DNA of 64,000 nucleotides from Penicillus capitatus (Eukaryota > Plantae > Chlorophyta): the NCBI GenBank assembly GCA_965649825.1, contig OZ287705.1:700990-764989 (forward strand). The letters run 5' to 3'. The translations under genes and the position numbers were made by a program. Shown in pieces: positions 1 to 11,634 of this stretch; position 1 is the stretch's first letter, and every line of letters begins with the position of its first letter. The notes under the pieces are model-generated. The model was not told where the DNA came from, made no database searches, and was given only the letters and a program-made list of their open reading frames with translations.

Positions 1-67
1 CAAGGCATGAACTTGATAATAGGACAAGCGTGACCTGCCTTATCAAAGACCGCACCCAGCAGGGGCG

Positions 68-896
68 ATGGAACCGCATCAATACAACCGTGGCTTCGCA
101 GGAAATGCGATGCGACATCCTGGATCTGCTCGCTGGTCGCCGCCACCAAGAGATCACCACCATCCGCGACGACCCCTCTCTCCAAACGTGCATCGCTCTG
201 GAGCACCGCGCCGTTCTCCTCCTCTCGCTCAGCCGCCTCTGAGACGACCTCCACGAGATCTCTCTCCGCCGTTGCGTCCAAGAAGAGATTCCGGAGACGG
301 TGGGAGTTTTCGAAGAAGAGGCGATCCGCCTGTGCGTCCAGACTACTTCAATGGCGAACGAGATCGTCGTCCGTATGGTGGACTGCCGCCTCGTGGTGAA
401 CCCGATTCGGATCGCCGTATGGAGACGTCAGCTGGAGGCCGTTACGGAAATCATCATCGCGATCCGCCGCACTCTCCTGGAAGAAATGTCAAGCGTCCGA
501 GGCACAGTCCTCCTCCAGCTGAGCAACGGTATCCTCTTATGCAAGAGAATTCGTGTGATCTTTTCTATATTGGTTTCCAGTTTTCGCCGTGAACCCGCCG
601 CCACGCATCATCGCAATCTCATGAACTCGCCGCATGAAAATCCGCCGAATCCCGATGTCGCCTCGACCGTCGTCTTGCGACATCCCGAGACCGAGTGCGC
701 CTGGTATTATGTGGATCCACAGGGCAACACACAAGGCCCGTGCACGATCGCACAGTTCAGAAGCTGGCTGAGAACTTTGGCAGAGGATCCTCGATTCGCC
801 GACGAGTACAAGCAGTTCATGTCCGTCGATGTTTGGAAAGAAGGCATGCAGAAAAAACAGCTGATGACGGAACTCTTGCAGCACAACAATCCTTGA
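68..896 (+). CDS. GYF-domain protein
   Basis: The Arg/Pro-rich ORF from ATG 68 splices through a GT-AG intron (529-580) into the frame carrying WYYVDPQGNTQGPCTIAQFRSW, the GYF domain signature. Confidence 0.8.
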
Positions 897-1221
897 TGGA
901 CCCTACCCACCTATCCCATAAATCGATGCTTCTGTGCAAGCGCTCTGGGTGGTTGCACGGCACTGGACAGACGAACCTAACCGCAGCTATTTATTCTCGA
1001 ATCACCATGGACTGGAGACACACACGCTATGGATCGATCACATCGTGGGTCCGTCGGTACGAAAGGACGGTTCAGTTGGGCAACGGACGCTTTACAATTT
1101 TTCTATTCTGTTTTGGAAATACCATCATGCCGCAGGATCTTTCTGGAATGGTGTTTTACGCACGTGGTGGTGATGGCCGACAACACCCTTGTCTCAACAA
1201 CAGCCTTTGTCTTCTGAGCCC

Positions 1222-3052
1222 TTATTCTCGATTGAGGACGTCCTGCATTTTCGTTCTTTCTTGCTGCTCCATAACGAACATCAGATCCGCTTTCAATGCC
1301 TAAGATTTAAAACGGTGCTGAGGTGACGCTAGCATACATGACAGCATTCTGTTCACCACCTTTTCAGCCATCGATATGAACGCTTTCTGTGCGAGCGGCA
1401 GTTGAGATGTCCATTTCCAGAAATCCACAGACACTCTCTGCAGCACACGGATCTCGCTGTCGCTGACTGGAAGGCACACGTGGAGCTGATGAATGTGTCT
1501 CCTCTTCTCTCGTACGCCGGAAGCGCTCACGTGCAGGACGGATGTCACACTGCAGGGAGGATGGAAGAAGGACTCGATTCCCTGTCCTCTCCAATCCACT
1601 AGCATCACGCAATCACGTCATCCAGACGCATAGACAAGACGGATCACGTGCGTTGGGCATCGGCGGCTGACGGTTGGAACCAGTGACCGAAGAGAGGATT
1701 TGCGGGTGTGACCTTCTCATCCAGCAGATGCGACATCAGCAGTCCTTTGTCCAGCGGAACGGTCGTTTCCACTTCGGAGAGGGTCACAAAGGCATCTGAC
1801 AGTTCGGCAAAGGAAGGCATCTCCTGAAAGCCATCCCCCTTCGATGTCATCAGGTTAGAGAGAAACGCACGGGTGATGGGGATGTCTGCGGTTCAGGCCA
1901 GACCCACAGGATCCCATCCTTCTCCAAGACTGGAAGCGATTCGATCCGGATGCCTGGCTGGAAGACGGTGCTCGGCATCTTGACACAACTGCCACTGCTG
2001 TTGTACTCCCATCCATGATAAGGACACGAGATCTGTCCATCGACGATCTTGCCAATGGACAACGGACAGGCACGATGGGCGCATTCGTCTTGAATGCAGG
2101 CTGGTCGACCAGAGGCATCGCGAAACAGTACCCAGGGCTGTCCATAGAGTTCGAACGGCATCAGCACCCCCTCCTTCAGTCTCTACACGGATGGGTAGAG
2201 AGGTGTCAGGGTGAAGGGTGTGTACCGTGGAAAAGGCGGCGGGATACCAGTAGTGCATAATACTGGGTCGAACATCGCTCTCCCTGAAGAGTCATCCATG
2301 TCAGCCACGGCTCACGATACGTCGTTCAGCAAAGCAGTGCTCACTTCGGATCATCGGCTGGGGCATCTTTCAATGCGTCTGCTGGCAGATGCTGTTGGGC
2401 GAGTTCGAGCTGACTCTGTCCAGGATGGACATGATCGAAGATGCGGCGAAGTGTGACCTTCTCACTTTTAGGTACCGAATGTGACTCAGATTGTGCAAGA
2501 CACGTGATTGCGTCGCGTGCAGTTTCTGCAGAGACAGGCAACACGTCGGCGGCGCTGCGTTGCTGAGGCAGTTGGTCACACCTCATGTGCGTCTCTCACT
2601 TCCTTCTGCAGCTCCGTCAGTTCCTTCCTCAATTCCACGACGCTCTTGGACTCCTTCGATTTCGCACTCAATGTCATTTCCACCTTCTGACTCGCTTCTT
2701 CGATGGTCTCTACGGTTGCCGCGGCCTCGCCTTTGACAATGATCTCGTAGACCATATCCCAGTTCTCCTGCTTCTTCTTCAGGTACTCCACTTTTCGACG
2801 CACCTCCCACGGCGAGGCCCCCATGAGACGCTCGTTGAGCACGGCCAGGTCGAGTAACTGATCGGGACAGCGATTCTCTGGTCGGCGATAGCGAATACGT
2901 GGCACACGGCGCAGCCAACTGAAAGGACGGCGCCGGTCATTCGGCCGAGAAGACGGCGTTTTTGCATCGGGGCCGTTCTCTGTGGCTGACAGGCGCCACG
3001 ATCGACGGCCGTCATCGCCACCGAGCCAATAACGCGCAACTGTCCTTGACAT
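1222..3052 (-). CDS. CAO: Chlorophyllide a oxygenase-like Rieske protein (mononuclear-iron His ligands absent), multi-exon
   Basis: It has the chlorophyte CAO N-terminal segment LLDLAVLNERL..PWEVRRKVEYL..NWD, then HYWYPAAF, the Rieske motifs DECAHRACPLS and CPYHGW, FHPPC and HQLHVCLP, and a last exon ALKADLMFVMEQQER. Confidence 0.9.
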
Positions 3053-3161
3053 CTCCCGTCGCCTCGTGTCGTACCAATTCCGTCGAGAATTTTGCTTTTC
3101 GTACCCATCGCTGTCGCTCGGTCACTCACTCGTACGCACGAACGTACACACCGCCGCGCTG

Positions 3162-3539
3162 ATGAACGCTTTTACGTCGCCAGGAGCGGCTATGGTGGAT
3201 GCCTTGGACAAACGCATCCTTATCTCCCTCCGTGACGGCAGCCTCTTTGTCGGGGATTTGCGCTCCTTCGACCAGTACGGCAACCTCGTCCTCGAAAGCT
3301 CCGTGCGACGCGAGGTGGTGGGCAATCAGTTCTGCGACATTCCCAAGGGTCTCCAGATTATTCGGGGCGAGAACATTGTGCTCTTTGGCGAAGTGGATCC
3401 CTATTGCAGCATCGCCCCGGAGCTCATTCGCGTCAGCGAGGCCGAGATTCAGAGGGCCAAAGAGGCAGAGAAGGAACAGGAACGACTGAAGGGAAGCATG
3501 AGGGGTCGTTTCGATTTCTTGGACAGCGTCATGGAATGA
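3162..3539 (+). CDS. LSM1: Sm-like protein LSM1, intronless
   Basis: Sm1/Sm2 motifs LDKRILISLRDG..GDLRSFDQYGNLVL and GLQIIRGENIVLFGEVD. Confidence 0.92.
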   Translation: MNAFTSPGAAMVDALDKRILISLRDGSLFVGDLRSFDQYGNLVLESSVRREVVGNQFCDIPKGLQIIRGENIVLFGEVDPYCSIAPELIRVSEAEIQRAKEAEKEQERLKGSMRGRFDFLDSVME

Positions 3540-3627
3540 ATCGTCGTCCCGCCATCCACGATGACCCATCGATCATCATTTCGATTTAAGTGACAAGACG
3601 TGACGTGCGACAGCGCCCTGAGACGCG

Positions 3628-4854
3628 ATGCAGCACGATCACTTGATTTGGGAGACGATTCGGAAGGGCTGCGCTTTTAAGAGGACATTCAGCGATCGAC
3701 TGTTCTGTCGCAATGAGTATAATGTGACGGGTCTCTGTAATCGAGCGAGCTGTCCGCTGGCGAACAGTCGATACGCGACCGTGCGTGAAGAGCAAGCGCG
3801 ATGCTATCTCTACGTCAAGACCGTCGAGCGAGCGCATTCGCCAAAGAGGCTGTGGACGAAGATAAAGTGCGCGGGGACGGATATCGAGATGGACTGAAAT
3901 GTCGGTGCGGTGGTGGCAGATTGAGTAAGAATTATCAGAAGGCGTTGAAGCAGATCGATGACGCTTTGGAGTATTGGCCGGAGATCACGATTCACAAGAG
4001 CAAGCAGAGGCTGACCAAGATCTTTCAGTATCTGCTGAGAATTCGGAAGCTATCCGAGCTGCCTCGGCCGAAGATTGTGCCCATTCAGCGAAAGTATGAT
4101 AGATGCGAGGGATGGATGTTGGTTCGAGCGCATCTTTGGTGGCAGTGTGGAGAAGGTGGACCGAAAGAGAGAGGCGCGTGCGGAAACGGTGGCGCGGATT
4201 GAGAATGCCATCGAAGATGAACTGCTCAAGCGATTGCAGACGGGGACGTACGGAGAGATTTACAACTTCCCGATGCACGAATACAACAAAGCAACGATTT
4301 CTGGTCACGCTTTTGCAAAGGCAATTAAATGTGTGAGCCAGACGTTGGAGAGAGAAGTGAAGAAGGCGCGCGAAGTGGATGTCGAAGCCGACGAATTCGA
4401 AGAAGCCTACGAGAGCGAAGAAGAAGCTGAAAAAGTGTGATGCCCGCAGCGACTATGTGGTCACACTTTTCTGTGCGATGCAAGGATATCGAGTATCTCA
4501 GCGATGTGGATTTTGAACAGAGCGATGAAGACATGGAAGATCTGGAGCAGATCCTTAAGCCTCGTCGAGCACCAAGTCCTTCAAACGGCGGCGGCGGCAG
4601 TCCCAAAGGTCATACACACGCTTCGCTTGACAAGATACCGAACATATGTGCAGCAGAGAGGCCACCAGATAAGAAGTCTCGCAGAGAGCACCAAAGGTCA
4701 GCTCTCCTGGCAGAGCGCTGCTGTCTTATTAGTGGCGATGCAAACCGTTGTCTGTTTCAGGAAACCGGTAGGAAAGAGAAAGAAGCCAAGAATCGAGCTC
4801 GAGATGGAAGAGGAGTTCTTATCGGCATCGAACGTGCAAACAGGAGAGGGTTGA
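3628..4854 (+). CDS. MAK16: Ribosome biogenesis protein MAK16, multi-exon
   Basis: MQHDHLIWETI..FCRNEYNVTGLCNRASCPLANSRYAT, SKQRLTKI and IENAIEDELLKRLQTGTYGEIYNFP, followed by an acidic C-terminal tail. Confidence 0.93.
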
Positions 4855-4871
4855 GTCTGTTACGGCTAGGA

Positions 4872-5874
4872 CTATTTGCATCGCCGTCTCTTGTTGTTGT
4901 CGGGCATCAGTCTGTTGATCTCATCGATGCTGCATCCGCTCTCTTCGTCCACCTCGATGCCGATCTCTTCGAAGACTTCTTTCTTGTTTCTATTGAGATT
5001 CTCAGACAAGGCGCCCCTAACATCACAGAGCCGCATTCCGTGGAGGAGGGATTAGAGGGGCTGACAGACCAGATTTCGGAGAAGGCAGATTTCCAGTTCT
5101 TCCACTGCCGCAGATGGTCGCGCAGTTTCTGTATGTGGAGATGAATGCAGGCACACAGGCAGACATACGGGAGAGTGTACCTTCTCAGTCGTGGCTCTCT
5201 CTTCTGGCTGCACAACAACGGACTTCTCTTTCAGCGTGGACAGTTTCTCCGTCGACTCTTCCTTCTGCAGAAATCTTTGATTTGTGCCTTCTCTTGTGCA
5301 TAAACTGGCACGTCGCCGCACCTGAGTCTCCAGACGTTGGATTTCGCTCTCGATCTCTTCCAGAGTACGCATCGATTTCAAAGCCGCATACTCTAATAGA
5401 TTATATCCTCGACACAGAGAGGCAGTCAAAAGCGATGTGCCTTTTTTGAGTTGATGCAATTCTTCCTCCTCTTTCTTGACGAGGGCTTTGCTCTCATTGA
5501 CTTGCTGCTTCTTCGCATCCGTCTCCTGTGGACAAATGCCATAGAGATGCGCATCCGTGACGGCGCAGTACGTGCCTCTTTGGTTAGGACGTCTCGATTG
5601 GACTGGATCGGCCAGAAGATGCGCGTCTTGCCAAACTCCTATCGTCGGCAGGCATCCACGTCGCACCGTTTCGTCGACATCACGATAGGCAAGAGCGCAC
5701 TTTGACGGTGATCTTTCCTTTCTCGGCCAGCGTGTCCATCGTCTTCTGGACTTGCGCCTTTTTGATTCCGAACTGCGCCACGAAATCCGCGACGACCTGG
5801 ACACTGAAAGGCCGGTTCTGGTTCTGGAACAGTTCCAGAATGTGATGCTCTGCAGTGGCGGCCTTTCCTGACAT
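4872..5874 (-). CDS. HOP2: Meiotic homologous-pairing protein HOP2/TBPIP, multi-exon
   Basis: Winged-helix start ILELFQNQNRPFSVQVV..FGIKKAQVQKTMDTL, EFGKTRIFLADQS, a coiled coil, and a spliced C-terminus WKNWKSAFSEIWGAL..FEEIGIEVDEE. Confidence 0.88.
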
Positions 5875-5994
5875 CTTTCTTCGAACGATCCAGTTGCTGT
5901 CGTGCGCGACAGAGACCGTGCGTGTCTAAAATGAACGGTGCGCGCACCGGCATTATGTTGTCCAATCGTGCGAAGCGGAGCAGAGCAGTTCAGC

Positions 5995-6968
5995 ATGTCG
6001 CGAGACAACACCGAGATAACGGCAAACGAAGAAGCCGAAGGACCGCCCATTCGACTCGAGAGCATTTCTCATGAGCCTTCTGGAAACAACGCCGCAGGCA
6101 CGGCGCCGCTTATAGACGACGACGGCGACGCTCTCACACAATTAACCTCTGCCGTATCCAGCACCTACACTTCTGTACGCGCTCTTCTTCGACCACTGAA
6201 CATATGAGACGCTCCATTGCTATACAGTTGACGTCTTTTTTCAACCGTGGTGCCACAAATCTGTCGACGGCCACTAAGAAAGTGCGTTGAGTGATGGCAT
6301 CGCATAGGAAAGGTGTGATGTGACGGTCTGTTGTCGTGCAGCTCCCGTCTCAGGTTCAGCATCTGGCAGAGGGCGGAACAAAGGTGGTGTCTGAACTGAA
6401 AGAAGGCTTTACGGATCTCATCACGCAAGGACTGTCGGGATTGGGAGAGGACAAGACGTGGAAGAAACCGAGTTTCGAATACCTTCAGTCGACGTACGGA
6501 ATCGCCAACTCCGACGCACTGATCGCGACGTTCGTCTGCGAAACGAGACAGACCTATGGCCCGAAGCACAACACCTATTCTCCGGACATCCAGGTATGCG
6601 CCGCCATCTGTGGAGGCGATGATGGGACAGCGAGTGAGGAATGCGTCGCCTAGGTGTCGTTCCCGATCATGATCAGCGTGACGAAGGAAGCGTTGTGCTT
6701 GATGGTGGAATCTTCCGGAAATGATCATCCGGGCAAGATCGGACGAGATGAGATCCTCGATCTCACATCCAGTAGACATCTCCTCGATATCTCACACAAA
6801 AGTGTGACCTCTCTAGATGCGGACGCTTCTCTCAGATTGGGCCTGACGGACGATCGGCAACTGGTGCTCTCCGGTTTTGGCGATACGGAATCGAGGGTAC
6901 GCGCATTCAAGTGGATGCAACAGCTCTTGCCCAAACGAACGGAAGATGCCGTTTCTTCCGCGTCCTGA
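5995..6968 (+). CDS. GRAM/PH-like domain protein
   Basis: LIATFVCETRQTYGPKHNTYSPDIQ..FPIMISVTKEALCL resembles the GRAM-like domains of green algae; short GT-AG introns link the frames. Confidence 0.55.
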
Positions 6969-7107
6969 CGATGTCGCCGCCGTCGATGATCGATGTATCC
7001 CATCGTCGTTGTATTTATTTAACGAGCGATTCTCTCCGGCATCCTCCGCCCAACAGTTCATCCCTATCGACGGTTCAGCCGCCACCTTGTACTTTGGATA
7101 CACGACA

Positions 7108-7873
7108 TCATTCGTTGGTATTCTTCAGCGGCTGTTGCTGTTTTCGTGCCTTGATTTCCTCAACGAGATCTTTGTGCGTCTTTTTCTTCTTCGTTGTCTT
7201 GGGGAAGAAAGCGTCGAGCTTCTTTACTGGATCGTTCTTCTTGCCGTTCTCTTTCTTCTCAAAATGCCAGGCCAGTTCTTCCATCCCTCTCTTGCCTCCT
7301 TCGTCCCTCTCCACTTGAACCATCATTCTGAATCGCTTGTACCGTGCGACCAGTTCTTGTTTATTGCCGTCTGTCGAGAGCTTCAACACACTGAGTTTTC
7401 TCTTCAGCTGTGCAGCAGTCAATGAATTCATGTGCAGCAACGGAGGCACTTTCAGCTCCGATCCCCCTCCCTCCGTCTCCTCTGCTTCTGTCTCCGTCTC
7501 CTTTGCTGCTGGAGGTGATGGGACATGTACGGTATCCTCCAACAATGTTGGCCGGATCTTCTTGTACAGCGACGTGATGCTGGAGAGTGTCACAACGGCT
7601 CGAATATCGCTCTCACCGTATCGCTGTCGACATTCTGGACAGCCGACGTCGAAATGGTGTGTCTCTGCGTAAAGCAGGTGACCCCTGAGACACGTCGAAC
7701 AAACTAACAGAAACGCATCGCTCAAGAACGATGCTGGAAGGCGACGTACAGCAATGGCCGCATCGCAGAGAGACGGGCGCCGTGAAGATCTCTTTACAGA
7801 TATCGCAACGGAGAGCGGCATCGAGGCGACGCATTTCCGGTCGATACGCAGGGAAGTCGTCAGCATCCGTCAT
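7108..7873 (-). CDS. RAD18: RAD18-like RING E3 ligase with SAP domain
   Basis: RING finger LRCDICKEIF..CGHC/FCSTCLRGHL..CPEC with one intron, plus a SAP-like LTAAQLKRKLSVLKLSTDGNKQELVARY. Confidence 0.8.
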
Positions 7874-7898
7874 CTTCGCTCCTTTTTCGAAATAACGA

Positions 7899-8612
7899 TT
7901 ACATTCGACCGTGACGTATTTGCTGATCGAGCTGTTCCGCCCGAAGCTGTCCAGGAAGGGACTGGACGTTCTCATTGAATAGACTATACCCACTGAGCTC
8001 TCCCGGTCGTCGCACACCCAGATTCACGACCATGATCAGGAAGATGGTGCCGAGGATGTAGATGGGACCCAGATCGTATCGAGCGGCTATCGGTGAGAGG
8101 ATCATCCAGCCGACAAAGAGGAGATAGGTGATGGGACGTATGGAGAAGATCCAATAGAGCAGCACATCTGGCAATCGCAGCTTCTCAGATAAGACACGGT
8201 ACAGCCACTGCGTCAGAAATCCGGCGGACGGATCCAGACGGAACGTCATGTCGGCATCGTCAGGGTCCACCTGCTGCCGTCTCTTTGGCATCGACGGAGG
8301 CACCGTCACCAGAAAGGTATCTACTCAGGACCACGAAGGAATGAGGGGCGTGGGGAAGGGATATCCATTATTGGACCTCCGTCTGTGAGATGCAGGGTCT
8401 CGAGATCGTCCGTCAGTGCCTTGCCTTTGAAGACGATGCGTATGGCTTGTGGTATGTCGAAGGCTTCCTGCAGTCGTTGCTTCCATTCGCCCACCTGGTT
8501 GAACAGCACCGTGTGTCGTTGTGGAGGAGGGCGGAGGTCATACAGTTATGTGCTCCGGCAGTTCGAAGTCTTTTGGAGGTCTTCCCAGCAGCAACGCCTT
8601 GATGCGAGGCAT
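7899..8612 (-). CDS. SAYSD1: Ubiquitin-like plus SAYSvFN-domain membrane protein (SAYSD1 family)
   Basis: Spliced N-terminal UBL (MPRIKALLL..TVGEWKQRLQEAF..IRIVFKGKALTDD), transmembrane segments, and GELSGYSLFNENVQSLPGQLRAEQLDQQIR. Confidence 0.85.
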
Positions 8613-8646
8613 GGTCGATGAAAACGACGGTGATGTTTCGAATCGA

Positions 8647-9638
8647 ATGACGACGGAATGGCGTACCGTTCGTGGCGCTGCATCACGACGCCGACGTTTT
8701 CGTCATGCCAGAGCATCGAACAGTGACGTATCCCCACAGAGACGTCCAACGCACGCAGAGGAGGTGTGGGACCCCGAAGAGATCGAACACTCACTGAGGG
8801 GACTCAGGTACAGACGCGCCGCCGATGACACATGTGACAGAGGGGGTCGCTGTCAGGAAGAGTGTGCGAGAATCGACCATGCTTCGTCAGAATCTCGAGA
8901 TGCTGAGAAGCGTATGGACGCAGGAGATGGATCTGCATGGTATTGAGGGACTCGTGGTCTATGGCCTGGGTTCGCTGCAACGTCGCCAGAGTCGTTATCA
9001 GGTGCGGTCGTGGTATGGCGAGCGTGATGACTGACTGAGCCCCACGGGCTCTCCTGTCAGTTCGCCCTTCTGCTGGAGATTCTCTCGGCGTTTCCCGCCG
9101 TCTCTGTCAGACAGGCATGCGACCCGGTCTTCACGGCAACGGATGTGACTGTTCTGCAATCGTATGGGATGGAAGTGCTGTCCGAGAATGACGGCGGCCG
9201 GCGGCCGCTGTGTCATCCCTCGCTTGTCTTTATGCCACATCTGGAGGTGACGTCTGTCAGCAGAATGCGTGCGATGACGGATGGCGTTCCTTTGCAGAGA
9301 CCCTGTCTCGACAACTTCTTTGAATCGCATGTGGAGAACAGATTTCTGCGCCAGTCGTTGATTCTGTGCAACAGTCTGTCGAAGATCGTCGAACGCGAAG
9401 AGACGTCACCTCACCCGAAAGGACAGGCGTTGTCGCGTCTGTTAACAGACGGCGCTCTCGGTACGTTCCTTCCTCGACAGCAGCAACGTCGACCCCTGAG
9501 CGTTGTCTGTCCACAGGGAAGGTGCGCGAGATGGCTCTCATTGAGGGAGACTTGGAAAAGACGGCGGCGTTTAACGATCTCAGCTTTCATTGCGTCTTTT
9601 CCGATTCCTCTGACTCACGGACGGACGCTTGTATTTAA
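8647..9638 (+). CDS. SRR1: SRR1-like protein, multi-exon
   Basis: MTTEWRTVRG..RRRR start, LVVYGLGSL..SRYQ, DPVFTATDVTVL, SLVFMPH, LILCNSLS and AFNDLSFH. An in-frame upstream ATG exists at 8611. Confidence 0.8.
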
Positions 9639-9847
9639 AACGTCGCTTTTGTGATAGCTGTCTGCTTACTGTCATGATGATGAAGAGCTGAAGGATGATG
9701 GTCCAAGAAATGCCTCATTATCGTGAGAGGCACTGATGGCACGTCACATCAAAACCTACCACACGTCACATTAAACCCAACACTATAAAGGGAGGATTTT
9801 TGTCACATTGAACATCTTTGTTAGAAACGTTGTTGCGTCTTCTACCG

Positions 9848-11250
9848 TCACGTACTTACCCATATCAAAATGCGCTTGACTCCAACAGAAAAAAGGCGTA
9901 AATGATCGCGATGCGCGAGAAAGGGTTTCTTGGAGGAAGAAGAAACGAGACGGTAAAGTTGGGGAGAAAATTTATCGTAGACGGTATACGGTCCTTGCCA
10001 TTGCGGAGCAAGTTTGTTGCCGTGTGTTTGCGCGCGTTGATTGTCAAAGAGCAGCACCTGGGATCCGACTGGGTTGAGCAACGGTGAGTTTGGGACAGTT
10101 GGTGTTGTTGCTGGTGCTGCATCTGGTGATCGATTGCGGCCCAACGAGTTGCAAGAAGGTCGTGGTGTCGTAACGGATGAGGTTTGTCAGAGCAAGGTGG
10201 CTCGGGAATGGAGTGCGTGCGGGTTGATAACCGAAGGCGGTCTGCGCGGCGCTGAGTTTGGTCACCGAGTTCGGATGCGCGTTAAGCATCGCCTGAATCT
10301 GGGAAAGAGCTGATGTCCATTTGCCTTGAGTTTGAGAAGGCGTTGTATACGGCGGATGACCTCTTGATTGAGACACTCGACGGTCCCATTGCATTGTGGT
10401 CGGTATGCCGGGATAGTGCGGCCTTGGATTCCTCTGGGCGACATCCAGTTGGATAACCGATTGCCTACGAACGCTGAAGCGTTGTTGTCTGCAGACACTC
10501 GGGGTTGCCGAAGAGGGCTGTCCATCGCTCGAGCAGTTTAATGATGGATGCCGCGTTGGCTTGCGAGGATGCCGAGAGGAGACAAAATCGGGTGCAGAGG
10601 TCCACTGCGGCGATGATATATTTTGAGGAGCCGTCAGGCTTCATTGAGCCGATGACGTCCAGGCCTACCCACTGGTTCATGTGTTGCCACGTATTGAATG
10701 ACTGCGCGACGGGTGAATCGTGGCGGGCAAAGTGTTGGCACTGGGGACAGCTACGTACCCACTGTTCCATATGAGGGAGCGTCAAGAAAATAGACCATTT
10801 CCTGTAACTTCCGAGTGGTAGTCTGGATGCCGCAGTGTCCTCCATCTTCGTGCGCTCTGGCCAGCCACTGAGGAAAAGCCTGCCTGTCTAGACAGCAAGG
10901 CGTCCATAGAAGTCCGTCGGCGGAGTATTCCAGGCGTTCATGGCATAGCCGAAAAAAGGTTGCGCGGTGCTTGAGACGCGCCCGCTGCTGAGGGTTGGCG
11001 TCATCGGGACATCGGCCTGTCTTCAGATAGTTTTCCATCTGCAAGTACCACACTACCCTTGGGGTCGATCGCTATCCATGACGACAGGACGCAACCTGTA
11101 CCGAATTCTCGGTCTGACGGCATCCGCATTTTTCGTACAACTGCGGGAACGAAGTGGCCGACGGTTATGGATCTAGCGCAATGACATTGTCTCTCGTGCC
11201 GTATCGAACGACAAGGACTCCAGGATCCTGCTCAAGATCTCAATCCATAA
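9848..11250 (-). mobile_element. Decayed Ty3/Gypsy LTR-retrotransposon pol fragment (RNase H tail, integrase)
   Basis: Zn-binding HEDGGHCG..CPQCQH, the DDE core (WVGLDVIG, ADNN, NGTVECLN) and the GPY/F motif KLAPQWQGPYTV are split over five frames by at least four frameshifts. NADAVRPR upstream resembles the RNase H end. Confidence 0.88.
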
Positions 11251-11634
11251 TACAAAGGATACTGCCGTTGCAATAAACATATCCAAAGCGTCGTTATTAT
11301 TCTGAGCCTGCTTCATGAGTGGCTCCTTGCGCCACTCTTACTTTGTGCAAAATTGATAATTATGTGTGTTGACCCCTCCCTCCTAACATGTTTCATAAGA
11401 TGTGCGGCTCGCCATCGCATCGCATCCATCCCTCCCTCCAGGGTGTCGTTCGTTTTTCTTTCTCGCGCTCTAACCAGCAAGTGCTGGAGCAATTGTCTTT
11501 TCTCTCTCTTTTTCTGCATCCGGTTCTTTGTGGTACTCGGCCATAATCGTTTTGAACGAAGGAATCAATGTTTCCCTTGCATACTTGTACATGCTCTCCA
11601 ATCTGTGCACACCATCCCATCGTCGCCTGTCTAG

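Noticed and set aside
934-1200. ADP-ribosyltransferase-like LHGT..YG ORF
   Set aside because: The motif spacing is unconvincing, there is no good start, and the region lies between two convergent stops, so it is probably UTR.
3540-3627. LSM1 -> MAK16 (88-nt gap) as a bicistron
   Set aside because: LSM1 has several internal ATGs, and the gap could hold a minimal promoter, so the evidence is weaker than for the 12-25 nt and overlapping pairs.
7874-7898. Shine-Dalgarno-like AAGGAG just upstream of the RAD18 ATG
   Set aside because: The gene is nuclear and intron-containing, the motif is absent at the other tight junctions, and a single hexamer is expected by chance.
9655-9847. LTR and polypurine tract of the Ty3 fragment (AAAGGGAGGA...TGTCACA)
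   Set aside because: The purine tract is on the strand opposite to the integrase, and no second LTR copy is visible.
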